In this document: positions 51,871 to 64,000 of the stretch, piece after piece
Numbering within the stretch: position 1 is the stretch's first letter
Layout: the number at the start of each line of letters is the position of its first letter
Source of the DNA: Spongospora subterranea f. sp. subterranea
Taxonomy: Eukaryota
Assembly (NCBI GenBank): GCA_049724395.1
Contig: JAUGWO010000059.1
Span: 124,001 to 188,000 of the forward strand
DNA: 64,000 bases
Direction of reading: 5' to 3'
Made by a program: the position numbers and the translations under genes
The notes under the pieces: generated by a model
Seen by the model: the letters and a program-made list of their open reading frames with translations, nothing else
Told to the model about the DNA's origin: nothing
Database searches by the model: none

Positions 51871-52741
51871 ATGAATACCCAATATGTTCTGCTCGTCTGC
51901 GTTATCGTTCCCACGTTAATCCATGGGTTCAACATCATTGTTCCAGGATCGGGTACTGTATATTTCCTGGAGCAGGTTGAGCCTGGAGAACGAGTTCATC
52001 AACAATTTCATGTTTACGTTGGAGGTCTCCGTGATATCGACTTCAAGGTTGCATAACTTTTATGGTTTTATCGCTTTGTTTTTTCTATATGTTTAATTTC
52101 TTTTCCGATTATATTTACTGGGGTATTCATTAGATATTTGATCCAAATGGTAAACCAATCTACGAGGCCAGCCGTGTAGAGAGCGAAGGGACAGAGTTCA
52201 TTGCACAAGTTGGAGGCGAGTACAAGTTCCAATTCACCAACTCGATATCGACGGTCACCGATAAGTTCATATCGGTCACGACGACTGTTGGCAACAAACT
52301 TCAAGAAAAAGACGTCGCTAAGGCTGGTACGTTTTTACAGCAGATATCCACCAGGTTTGGCTTGATCCTAATGTGGAGTGATAGAGCATTTATCGAAACT
52401 TGAGGAATCTGTCGTAATGTTGGGTCAGTCTATCCGATCGGTTGCCGATGAACAGAAATATCTGAAGGTTCGGGAGAGAGTTGCGTCCAACAGTATGTCT
52501 CCTAATCTCTTTCATTTACCAATTTGTTTAATCGTTTCGATTTACAGCTAATCAGAGTACGAACAGTCGTGTATTATGGTGGGGCGTTATCGAGACCATT
52601 GTACGTTCGTCGTGATCTAACTGGTATCGGTTTGATTGTTGATTTTTTTTCTGCTGGTGTCAGGTTATCATCGGTGTGTCGCTTTGGAAGACTTATCACA
52701 TTCGGGGCATGTTCGAGACCAAACGCTATCAAACACTATAG
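51871..52741 (+). CDS. p24/EMP24/TMED family cargo receptor, 5 exons
   Basis: Signal peptide, GGLRDIDFK|IFDPNG, GEYKFQFTNSISTVTDK, EQKYLKVRE, STNSRVLWW, C-terminal MFETKR. Confidence 0.92.
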
Positions 52742-54380
52742 GCAGATCAAAAGCGTGTTTCATAAAAAATGGGCTGGGCTGTTGATGGCAGACTAGGTCT
52801 AGGCGACATTCTTGATTTTGAGCCGATTACATTGTCTCATTGGCATGAGATGTATGACGCCCGTTTCCCTTTTCTAACGGGGCTTGCTCCCAATTGAATA
52901 TTTCTGGAATTGCTTTCAGCCGAATGCTTTAAGGAAGACGAGGAGTATGGGGCTGATCTAGGCTGTGTTCGACAATGTGAATCATGTTTGGGTCGCAGCT
53001 GGTGGGTTTGCTCGTCGTGCAGCGGTTTCATATGCTAACCCGCGATACGATCTGTTTACGAAAGTCGACCAGCGTAACCGTATCGATCATCAACAGCTCC
53101 ATCTCTATCCAGAACAACCTAGCGAATGATGGGGATAGGTACTTGACCTAGATTAAGTCGCCGAATTCGCAAACATTTCTTGATTTCCAGAACGTTCGTG
53201 AAGCCGTCATTTTATTTTGTGAAATTTAAATCGCATTGGGAAAGCTCGTGGCGATTTTTTACATCTATGCTGATTTTATTTCACATCCCCCCATATACTC
53301 TGATTAATTCTCTAATTCCGGCGCGCGGAACCAGTACGAGAACGACCTTCGTTGAAAATCGCCACAATTGGAGATCACAAACTATTTGATGGCAGTTATG
53401 ATATGAGTGTTGAATCCAGGCAAATACGCCCGCGCTAGTATTGATTGTTGAGGTAAATCGGGTCGAGCAGTTCAATTTGCGAGGAACAGGACCGCACATT
53501 CCCTGGTTGCCATCGCAGCGATAACCAGCGTTTTTGTGGATGGATGCGTGCCCGATTGCGGAAAGGTCGAGTCCAACGATAATTTTGCTGATTGGAATGG
53601 AACGAGAGATCGGAATCAGGTTTCCCACAATCAGCAGCAAATGCCTATGGATTCAACAACATGTGTTAAGTTGCTGAAGCGATCATCAAGGGCTCTTTTG
53701 TTCGGCCCATGGTTTCTCTGGGCATTTGACAGAAACGATGGTTGACACTTGGCACAAAAAAGGTGGATGTACAGGAAAAGGTTTCACAACCATTCCAGGC
53801 AAGGGTTGACGGACAGACAGTGTCGATTTATGGAGTATTTCCTACGACACTCGCGTGTCTAAAGAAGTTCACGTAGCCGTCGTTCAGAAAACCCAAAAAT
53901 ATAAAGTTTCTACAACAGCAAATCTTCTGAATATATCCCCATCGTTGTTACGAAATTCAATATGAATGCAATAACAGTCCGGCAGGCTGATGAAAAAGAA
54001 GCAATAGATTTATCATGCCATAAAATGAATTTCCTCTTACGAAAAACCCAATTGTTTACAAAGCCAGATAATCTCTTGCAGCTCCTTTTCGCATTAGGCA
54101 AAACCGCTTCGCTTTGACTTCTTTTTCCAGCTTTTCGTCAGTGGTAATCCCGTTCTCAAATGGCGCAATCCAGTGAGATATCCGATGGTCTGTTAGTGGT
54201 TTGGGAGCATGTGATTCAGCGAACTTCGACAATGCTTCTGCGATTGCCCACGCGAGACTGTTTCATCCTCGGGGAGTGATCGACACCGGTCGAGCTGCCA
54301 AGCTATTGTTTCCTTTGGTAGTGAACTCTGTCGAATGGGGTCTGACACCCCTTTTCCTTGAACGCTCTGTCGTGATCTTC

Positions 54381-54617
54381 AATGTGGTGACAACACTCAG
54401 ATCAAGGACATGAGTCAAGAATCAGGGAACCTGGTTCTTGACTCCCGACTTTTATATTAACCCCTCTAATTTTAGATTTCCTCGTCATTGTCTCGCTCCC
54501 AAAAGAAATCTTCACCACAGATAAGAAAAACTTTAAATGAATACAAGTCTTGTCGGGACTCAACCAGGTTCCCTGATTCTTGACGCATGTCCTTGATCTG
54601 AGTGGTGTCACCACATT
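54381..54617. repeat. Inverted repeat (arms 54381-54449 / 54552-54617)
   Basis: AATGTGGTGACAACACTCAGATCAAGGACATGAGTCAAGAATCAGGGAACCTGGTT versus its reverse complement with 2 substitutions. Confidence 0.95.
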
Positions 54618-55591
54618 TAAGTCTCCATTTACTCCTCGTTTAATGAACCGGCTATATCCAAGTTAATAAAACGGGTGGGGTAAAGCAAAACCCCCTCTTT
54701 CTAATAAAGATTGAGGCGGCCGCCATTTGATTCGATGGCCGATGCAACATTATCGTTGATTTTGCCAAATTGCAAAATACGTTTCGCGCAAAGTTGTTTT
54801 TTATTGCAAAATGTCGTAACTTGCGCTGTTGCCAAGGGATTGCGTAATCTGCTGCAGTCGGAAATGTGTGTCGCATCATCAAACTTCAATGGACTTCTTC
54901 ACGAGAGGGTCATCATCGTCAGAGACAGCACTATCCTTGCCGTCGTCGCTGCTGTGTCGCCAATAGCCCAAGAGGTTCCTGTTGCGCCTTGTTCTCTACA
55001 ACTCAAAAACAAGAACGCAGCAGAACGAACGAGTTCCAGCTGCGCCGGTTCCGGCAACGCAACAACAAGGGTAAGCAAACCGAGAGGTCACAAAGCATTA
55101 TCTGGATAAGGAGTACAATGAAGAAATAATCGCGCAAGTAAGAATATTGTTGAGTAATCAAATAGATGAAACAGAACAAATTTGCATCCATAATAAACAT
55201 CGTAAAAATGTGGAAAACTCTTGGGCGAAAATGAACTTGTCGACAACTTGGTTGAACTGCTTACAATTTCGCGTTTGCCTTGTTATTTCTGTATAGGCTG
55301 AACTTCTGCAGAAAAGTACAGCTCAACCAAGCTTTCAACAATAATGCACTTGCCCACTTTGCCCGCTTTTTCAAGCAGATCCTGTTCCATCTACAGGAAC
55401 CACAGTTGCAACGACCTGCACTGTTGATTACGAAACAGCGATTAACAATTTACCGGTATTGGTCTGGATAATTGGATTTTGGGCGTTGGTCAATCATCTT
55501 CTGCCGCCAAATTCGAAGAGTTGAGATTGACGGAAGGACAACGGTCAACGTAGAGCGGCCCCAAACAGATTCGTTACACTCCATGGAACTT

Positions 55592-55663
55592 CAGAAGCGC
55601 GCGCGGCTATGTGAGTACAGAAGCGCGCGGGCTAATGTGACGACAGAGAGAAGCGCGCGCTGT
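55592..55663 (+). repeat. Three copies of AGAAGCGCGCG upstream of ABHD13
   Basis: CAGAAGCGCGCGCGGCTATGTGA / CAGAAGCGCGCGGGCTAATGTGA / AGAAGCGCGCGCTGTGG. Confidence 0.75.
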
Positions 55664-55723
55664 GGACATGTTTTGTCACTGCGTTTTATGAAGACGACAA
55701 TATCTGGACGAGGTGATAATATC

Positions 55724-57104
55724 ATGTCCTCTGTAGGAATGTATTTGTCATGCATCCCTGGTTCAGTATGGGCTGGTATCATATGCTTATCTGTGCATTG
55801 CCTGTTGTATTATACACCATTGAAGGACAGTGCATTATACACGCAAGCGGTCGTCTTGATCGTGTTATTGATCATGGGTCTCATAACCCTATTATATATC
55901 TATATCAGGATAGTCTCCTGTATTGATCGCCAAACCTGTCTCCCGTGCTGTCCCTGAGTTCTTCTGATCAGATACCAGCCCTTGGTCATGCCTCAGTATG
56001 CCCGCCCGGCTGACAATCCAGTAGGGTACCGCTCGCCAGCAGAATACCAGATGCCCTATGAGGATGTCAGATTAACCACAACCGATGGGTTGAAATTAGC
56101 TGTAAAATTTAGTGCATCAGTTTTCGTAATTCTTTTCGTTGATGCCTTCTCAGGCATGGATGATACTTCAGCCTAATCCCACATCGTCACCGACCATTAT
56201 ATTCTTCCATGCTAATGCCCAGAATATGGGGTTCCGTCTCCCAATTGTCCACGATATGTATCGCCACCTTCATTGCAACATATTCATGTTGTCATATCGA
56301 GGATACGGCGATAGTCAGGGGACCCCTTCGGAATCAGGTCTGGTTTTGGACGCTGATGCAGCGATTAAGGTTCTTTATCTGAAAGCATCATACACTGCTA
56401 ACTTTTTTTTTCTGAATATCAAAACGTTTGATATTGAATGCTTCGTTGCCAATTCCTGACAGATACTGATATTTTCCTGTGCCATGTTTTAGTATATTCT
56501 GCATGAGCGTTCCGATATCGACCCATCTCGTGTGATCGTATTGGGCAGGTCACTAGGCGGTGCTGTTGCCGTAAATTTACCCTGTCGACCATATTATTCC
56601 TGCGCTGATGGTTTCGCATGGGTACAGATTTATGCATCCAGCCGGTACGGAGACCAAATCAGAGCCACAATTATTGAGAACACCTTTACTTCAATTCCTG
56701 ACATGGTCAGCTATCATCTATACAATCATCGCGTTAATCGTCATTGAATAGGTTGATGCTGTGTTCCCGATACTAAGACCTTTAAAACCATTAATCCTTC
56801 GTATATATTGGCCCTCTATTACCAGGATCGCCACTATTACGCATCCGATATTCTTCGCCTCGGGCCGCCAAGATGAGCTAGTTCCATCATGTCATATGGA
56901 CACTCTGTACGAGGAGGCAAGAAGTAGCCGAGCTAAGGTCGGTTATTCGACGTGCCATGTTTACAATATCGTAAAATGGCATATTAGACGATGCATCATA
57001 TTGTCGACGGGTCCCATAACGACACATGGCAGCGAGGTGGGACCGCATACATCTCCCTAATCCATCAATTCATAGTGCAACATTGTGCCAAGATCACTGC
57101 TTGA
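55724..57104 (+). CDS. ABHD13: ABHD13/Bem46-family alpha/beta hydrolase, multi-exon
   Basis: TIIFFHANAQNMGFRL, SYRGYGDSQGTPSESGL, GRSLGGAVA (Ser), ENTFTSIPDM, SGRQDELVP (Asp), GSHNDTW (His). Confidence 0.92.
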
Positions 57105-57617
57105 TCGCTATCAATTATCCATTCTACTACATCCATGTTTTGTATTTTATTTTTGTCCTGTCAGGCTGCACGACCGTGGTTCCCGTGTCCTTCGTTATTA
57201 TAGGTTCGCCTTCGAGTCGTTGATAACCTTATCAATATGAGTTATATAAATGGGCTTTACGAATCCAGGGTTCGGACGGGCGTTGGTGAACCCGCGTGGC
57301 CTCGACCTGCCCATCGCCTGATATTAGATAAACAGAATGGGGGGCAAATGCCCAGTTCACTGACCTCGACACGAAAGATATCCTAGATCGTGAGTATCCA
57401 AGAAGGAAAAGTCCCCTGGTCATTGCTGTTTGAGCACGCGGCGGCCATCGGTTCATTGTCGGACTTCCACTTTAAAGAAAAAACTACTCCCCCAGTAAAG
57501 CATTGAAGATGTTCTCTGTAAGTTGGGAGGCACTTAATCGGATGGATGATCGACGGCGGTAATCTGTTATGAGACCAGAATCAACCGATATAATAAAAAA
57601 TCTGTAATATTGATAGT

Positions 57618-58600
57618 CTATCGACGTGAGGTTGATGCATATGCTGTCGCCGTACGAGGGGCCGTACTGGATTCGGATGCACGAGACGACGATGATCTTT
57701 GCTGTCCCCATCCACTCGACATATTGTAATCATGATCGGCTGGAGCCGAGTAGACGTGTCTCTGCCGAGTAGTCTGACGATTACTCATCATATATCCCAG
57801 GAGACCGCCCAGACCCATTCCGGAAAAGAAGTTCCCAACGCCACCGAAACCGCTCGACGACGGTGGTGGTGCGCAACGAGCGCTGGTGTTGGGATAGGAT
57901 GATGACCCTCGTAATCCATCATATGGTGGTGGGCTATCGTCGCCAGAAAACCATCCTCCCCCTCCTGTATTTACAGATCGCCCCGAGCAACATGACCTCA
58001 AAATCATGAATATCACCAGACCGAATACGGCAAACTTAATGAATGAACTCGCCGACAGATTCCAATCGTCTTGATGATAGGAATCCTTTGGCCGAAAAAG
58101 AAACACTGTCCTTGTCCTGACAAGCTAACAATTATTTAAAAAAGGGACAAAACAAATTTTGAGAAAAGTTACACAAAAACCTATCCAGTCCTAGTAATTA
58201 AGGAATGAACATGAAAATGTGATGTTGAAAAGACTACCTCATATGTTAATCCACATGATCCAGCTAATATATATGGATCATCTGGATAGTCATATCCCTC
58301 ACAATTGACATCGGTGAACCCGAACGTGAAATCTGGAGGGAGATCCGCCCGGCAATCCCATTGGGGATTGGCGCCATCCCATCCAGTCTTACGGCACTGA
58401 ATTGTCTGCAGAGGGTTGGAGTAGCACAGACTCCCTTTACATTGCATTTGAGGAATGGGCGATGTCCGTCGTCCAGTCGTCATGGCGCGGGATGAGAACG
58501 TCAACGCCGTGACTTTTTCCATCAGCATCCTAGTGCCAAAAGCTGACATGATTTGGAGGCATAATACGATCGACAACGCCAGATAGGAGCCCCGAACCAT
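57618..58600 (-). CDS. SARAF: SARAF/TMEM66 store-operated calcium entry regulator
   Basis: VTALTF...TTGRRTSPIPQMQC, QWDCRADLP, VNCEGYDYPDDPYILAGSCGLTY, TM helix, PPPYD, GMGLGGLLGY, RTATAYASTSRR. Confidence 0.92.
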
Positions 58601-60908
58601 CGATCCTTGCCAGGTGGCAACTACACAGTGTTGCACTCTGGGAAATTGGCCGGAACGGATTCCACCGACATGCTGTCAGTGTCACGAACTAAGTTGGCGC
58701 AACCTTCATATACATACACATTCAGACAACTACACACAGTTCGTTACCGGCAACAGCCTAACCGACGTTGCATTGCTGGAATAGCAAATGTCTCAGGAAA
58801 ACTTTTTTTCTGGGATTCAGGGGGAGCGTTGAATAACCGGATAACGGTGGTTTCTGGTGTCTCGCTTGTGCATCGTAACAACGTTGTTGATCCTCATCAG
58901 TATAAGTTCTCTAGTGGGACTATAAGCCATCATTATCGAATCTTCTTGCTGAGTGAACATGATGGGAAGTTTGTCCATGTATGAACCAGAGCCGTTCTCT
59001 AATTACGATGAACTGACAGCAGTAATCTGTACGCTGTGTCCAACCTATACATGGTTGAATTAGCACTGTCGGCGACACGATTTTCGGCCAACCCCTTTTT
59101 GACCGTTGTAATGAAATCTGTGGAATTTAGACACAAAATAAATTGCAGTCTTGGTTTCAAAAACCAATGAACGAACGTTTTATTTGCCAAAATGATTTTG
59201 AACTCTCACAGCATTTTCCCTTTGAAAGCTAGAAGCACCATCCATTTTATCTTTGGATTAGAGACGGAAAGTATCAACGCCAAACAAGCAAACAACGTAT
59301 TTACCGCGAAATCAAATCTTCGTCTAAAATCACACGCTACTATGGCTGTTGTACTGGGCGATGATGTAAAGAACCAGTACAGTAGATATTATGGTTGCGA
59401 TCATACCAGAAAACATTTCCCATCAGATAACTGATCTCGCACCAACTCTGAGGGCAAAATGGACTCGTTGTCTTTATGGCATATATCGCAGCCAACGTTG
59501 CCACAATTCATCGGTCGTATGCAGAAGCATATGAGACGATACAATCGTGATCCAAGCCCAACAGTTGGTCCATCGTCAGTCCTGACGTCGTCGGATCTAG
59601 CGCGAACTGCATCCTCGTCGTCATCATTACTCAACATTGTTTCCCTGATTTCTGATAAATCCGAGCAATCGATACAGCAAAGGGTGTCGATATTACAATC
59701 TGTAGGCGGATTAGCGGATGTGTCCCGCCTGTCATTGCTACAGTTGGCTACATGTTGCTACCCGCGAATTGTTTCCGCTCATCATCGTTGGTGTTCCAGA
59801 CACACAATCTTGGTTACCGCCATTTTGAATTTTGCTTTTGAGGGATTTGCCGCCAAGGAGACCCAGCCAACCAGGTCGTCTTCCTAGTTCAGGGTCAATG
59901 CGAATTAACAAGGAGAACGGATTTGGTAGGACGCACCGGCCCTGGACACGATATCCCTTACTCGTTTTTCTCGGTGTCAGACCGAGGGGACAACACCTCG
60001 TACAGTTCATGTCGCCTCGATAGGCAACGGAGAAGTCTGCACCGAAGCCATTTTCCTACGCTTGGAGTCCCGTTTCAGTAAATCTAGTAAGGAGTTTACG
60101 AAACAGAAGCAATGTCGGCAGATGATCCTGATTATAGCCACATCAGACCCAATTACTCATGAATATACGGTGATGGCAACGGTTCCATCCCTAACTCTCA
60201 TTCTAGACGTACCAGATTTTTCAGCATGTTTGGCATGATGTCAATGCAAATTCAGCCATGAATTTACGCTTGTTTAAGGTCTGAAGGGAGATGTCATCTC
60301 TAAAGTACGCGAGCATATCCTGATTAAGCGAGAATGGCGAGGATCCTTGTCCGCTATGGCTTCGGGCCCATTGGTAAACTTTCCTGCTCTCACTCTTTCC
60401 ATATCCCTAAAACAAAGAATTTAGGCGTTGCGATCCGCTAACACGATAAAACAGCCTAATGTTCATGATCATCTGCCGATTCCCGATGAGCCTCTCCCCA
60501 GCAAACCCTCGGAGACAGCCAAAGTTGGAACCATTCCAGATGCCCAAGATGATGTCTTAAATAGAGATGCATTCAAGGTCGCTAACACGATCAGGAATAC
60601 CCATTCACCCAAAAAAATGCTCGATCATAATGACGAGTTTGGACCAATCGAAAATCGCTTAGTGAAGATGTGGTGTGATGAAGAAACAGCGAACAACGAT
60701 GACGTCGTGGATAAGTGTAATATACAGGATAACAGAGAACGGATCGAGTTCAGACTAATCAAGTCCAAAAAGGTCTTTACGCAGATGACATGAATATGTT
60801 CCTGATGAATTCAGCGAAACGTGTCTGCTAAACCGTCTTAAAAATTGTTCTGATCTATTTTACAATATTTTCCATATAGCAATAAGTTGAACCGATTACT
60901 TCTGCATA

Positions 60909-63900
60909 TTAACTAGTGGGGTTTAACGCGCTACCAACGAAGCCGAGCTCTCTCCCAGCTAAACGGTCTTCGGATTCTATGGCAACTGCTTCACATGCTT
61001 CGTCCACCATAGCATCCGCAATTCGAACAATCACAATGCAATGCTCCCTAATCCTAGAGCTCTGGAGGAAGTATTAATTCATTTTGCTCTTTCTTACATG
61101 AACATTCTTACGCTTAACGAAAGCGCATCGCTTAATGGATGATGTTGTGAATCGAAAACCGTTTGCCTGGCGGGATGAACATCCCATTGCTGCCATATCT
61201 TAAGTTTAATCTTCCCGATTGTCTCAGACGAATCAACTTCAAGATCAAACGCCGGATATTCGGATCGGCATCGTCGAATCCTTTTACGTCCAGATAGTGG
61301 CCTGATAAAATACCATTGATCAAAACAAGCAATGCATAAGCAACGCACTGACGTAATCATATTGATCTCTTCCTCGGACATGATTCTTATGGTTCCATTA
61401 GTAAAATCAATTGGTTCCACCGATTTTGCTTGAATGCAAGGGAAGCATAGCGTAGGGGAAAACTCCATTCGACTCGGAAATACACTAAAGAAAAACATGG
61501 TTATACAGTTTCAGTGAAAACAGGCAATATCAGTCACCTCTCGTCTTCATGCAGTATCACAGATATATCAGGGCCAGATGCGCCGTATTTTTTTTTGAGA
61601 ATATCGTATTCTGATGACACGATCAATCGAACTGATGGAGGCCTGTCATCATCACTGTTTTTCACTTCACTTTCTTGAAAAGGTATATGAACAAGGAGAC
61701 CGTGTTCTTCACACAAAAGGGTTCTAAATCAACAAGTGTCAAAGGTGAATATTGCTGACTCATCCTCGACAACATACCCAGTTGGTATTGGATCGGGAGA
61801 CGTGATATTTTTTGTCGAACGAGTAAACATGTTCCATTCATCAAACCTGGATGTTATTCAACATGATGTCTCAGCAAAAAATCAACTTCGCCTAAAAACA
61901 AAATGTACAAACCACTGCCAAGGGACAATGTTATACGTAGCAGGAGGAGGGGCAAGTTTCTCCATTACGAAGAGTTTCTTTGACCAGTGACCGCTCCTGC
62001 TTTCTGGAAGATAAATCAGCCGCTCGCTCTTCTCGTTCTAGCTGTCTCTCAGTAAAGCAGATATCACAGGGTGTAGCATCTCCAGAAACGACAGGGCAAT
62101 TTTGGGGAAAAGCCGATCCTGAGATCGATTGAAGCAGCGAAAACGCTTCCCTCGGAATCAAACAGCGGTTCTACAGACATTCATGATTACATTAAAAAGA
62201 CACTGAGATTGAGCCTTACCGCCTTCGCCAAAGAAAGGAACCCATGTGCGCAAAGCACACCGTCCAAAAGATTATCGATATGAGGAAGTGTAGAAGAGGA
62301 CTTCAGCGATACATTTAATTGTCTATAGCATTGAGCGCTAACAACAGACCGTGAGTTGACCTCACAAGGTGAACTAGTACCAGTTACCTTATCCAGCACG
62401 ATGACGAGTCAGCGTCGATTTGCCGCTGAGACGTTTGCAAAATCACACCAAGACTGGTTATGTAACGCAGCATCAGGCAACATTCACGACAAAGTTGCTG
62501 GCGAGGAGAAACTATAATGGGAACACGAAGTGACCGTCTGATAACATCCCAGGCACCTAGGCTTATCCGAGACATGTTCCTGTAAGCGAACGACTTAACA
62601 TCTGATTACTAGAAACGTCTGCTAAAACGCACCTGAACTGCATCGGATCTAGACCGCCGTGACAGCACAAGATTGACGAACAATCCAAAGGCTCTTCGGT
62701 GACGTTGCGCGTCCAGTCACGCAACCATGCAAATGGCAACACGATCCCCGACAAATCACAGTCGCTATCAGGAACCGATATCAACGGTGAAACCAAACAT
62801 GGCTCAGAAAAGATACTTGATACGTCGGACTTCCTGATCGCAATCAGTTTTTCCTAAGTTTGTTATGTAAGCTAATGTCCATTGGATATTGGGTACTACC
62901 AGGACGTAAACACAGAGCCCGTACCACGTTTTCTAACTCGGCCCGAAATTGCTCTCTCTGGATGTCCATGTTGGAATTTTCTAGTAATATTTCGTTGCGA
63001 AGGTCTAAGGAAATCAGGCTGTCCGATGTTTGGCCCGCAAATTTCCGAGAGCAAGCTCTGTATCGACATCGCGCAGACCGTACACGACCATATATGCATC
63101 AGTGGATTCGACGGAGGGCAATGCAGCAATACTATCAGTAATAGGAACAGCCTGCGCAGAGATCAATTGGCAAAACGACAAACGCGAAGCGAAAGTCGTC
63201 GGACTTACCACATCGTCGTTGAATTGATGCTAAAAAAGATTGAGAACATGAAGATAATTTGCAGAAACGGCAACCAACCCATATATCATCACTAGAACGA
63301 ACATCAGCAATAAAATGTCCCGCTTCAGTGGAGACACCTCTATGGCACAGAATTGCCTTGACTTCATAAGGCATAGGGATCTAAACGAACATTGTCACAG
63401 AATATCGATAACCATGAAATCGTCTCCTACCTTCTCCTTCATGTCTGTGTATTGAGCCATATCAATAACTTTGGGAATAATAATTTTGTCAAATGTCTAC
63501 GAATAAATGAGTGCGGAGACCACAAAGGATCGAACAATGCTACTTTGCGTTTGCTAAAGGTTTCTTTGTCAAAAACGAAGCGAAGAAGATGCAGGTTTAA
63601 AGTTGGAGGGAGGCGAGTGAGCTTGAGCTCCCTGCGGGCTGAATTTTTGCAATTGCATACTGAACACAGGTACGCATTGCTGCCGGTCAAAATTTCAGCT
63701 CTAGTCAACTCCGCCAGACTAACAAGAAGGTCAGTGATCTATCAAATACAGAACCAGATTACAGCAACTGAACCTCAAAAAACTGACCTCTCTTCTAAAG
63801 TATCCCTGACGTTCAACTGAAGATCGGGGAAAGATTCAGTTCGTGAAGTGGTTTGTTGACAGGTATCGCACCGGGTAGTGAAAGTCATTTGCCCGTGAAA

Positions 63901-64000
63901 TTCGTCTTCGATCAACGTTGAGGAAGAAATTCGAGCCTACAGCCAAGGAATCAATGGATTGCGTGACAAACCCGGGCAGAATTACCTGGATGTGGGCAAG
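60909..64000 (-). CDS. USP48: Ubiquitin-specific protease USP48/UBP26-like, 5'-truncated, many exons
   Basis: EILTGSNAYLCSVC...LPPTLNLHLLRFVFD, His box ILCHRGVSTEAGHFIAD, FNDD, STDAYMVVY, DUSP-like Cys segments, C-terminal Ubl (VDSSETIGKIKLKI) and RELGFVGSAL. Confidence 0.9.

Noticed and set aside
57150..57480. Small minus-strand gene or ncRNA between ABHD13 and SARAF
   Set aside because: Plausible splice sites, but no consistent recognisable product or RNA fold.
58800..60800. Short ORFs in the decayed region before USP48 (also 4330-5400, 16900-18400, 52800-54300)
   Set aside because: Fragmented frames with no motif I can assign; probably old TE debris.
1..64000. CRISPR array or prokaryotic operon/defence system
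   Set aside because: No regularly spaced direct repeats with unique spacers; genes are eukaryotic and intron-split.

Overview
Compact eukaryotic DNA, not prokaryotic. Genes are dense and split by many short (~45-70 nt) GT-AG introns, with at least one GC-AG intron. The style suggests a protist, possibly a plasmodiophorid; this is inference only. Recognisable genes: LtaS/sulfatase-fold enzyme, AFG2/SPATA5-type AAA ATPase, presequence protease, NUFIP1-like CCCH protein, class-3 pseudolipase, YKT6, SUEL-lectin membrane protein, DOMON/Skeletor-like protein, stand-alone wybutosine-type Kelch protein, CYP7-like P450, tRNA-Arg(CCT), RluB-like pseudouridine synthase, F-box/LRR protein, PI4K-beta, p24/TMED, ABHD13, SARAF and USP48. 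Between them lie decayed islands of Harbinger-type, Gypsy-type, Mutator-like, HNH and SET fragments. The most unusual signal is at least seven unrelated, imperfect fold-back inverted duplications (arms ~65-175 bp, spacers ~25-155 bp). All those I found lie in the decayed islands, and several duplicate part of a mobile or foreign ORF. Exon boundaries were read by eye and are approximate.
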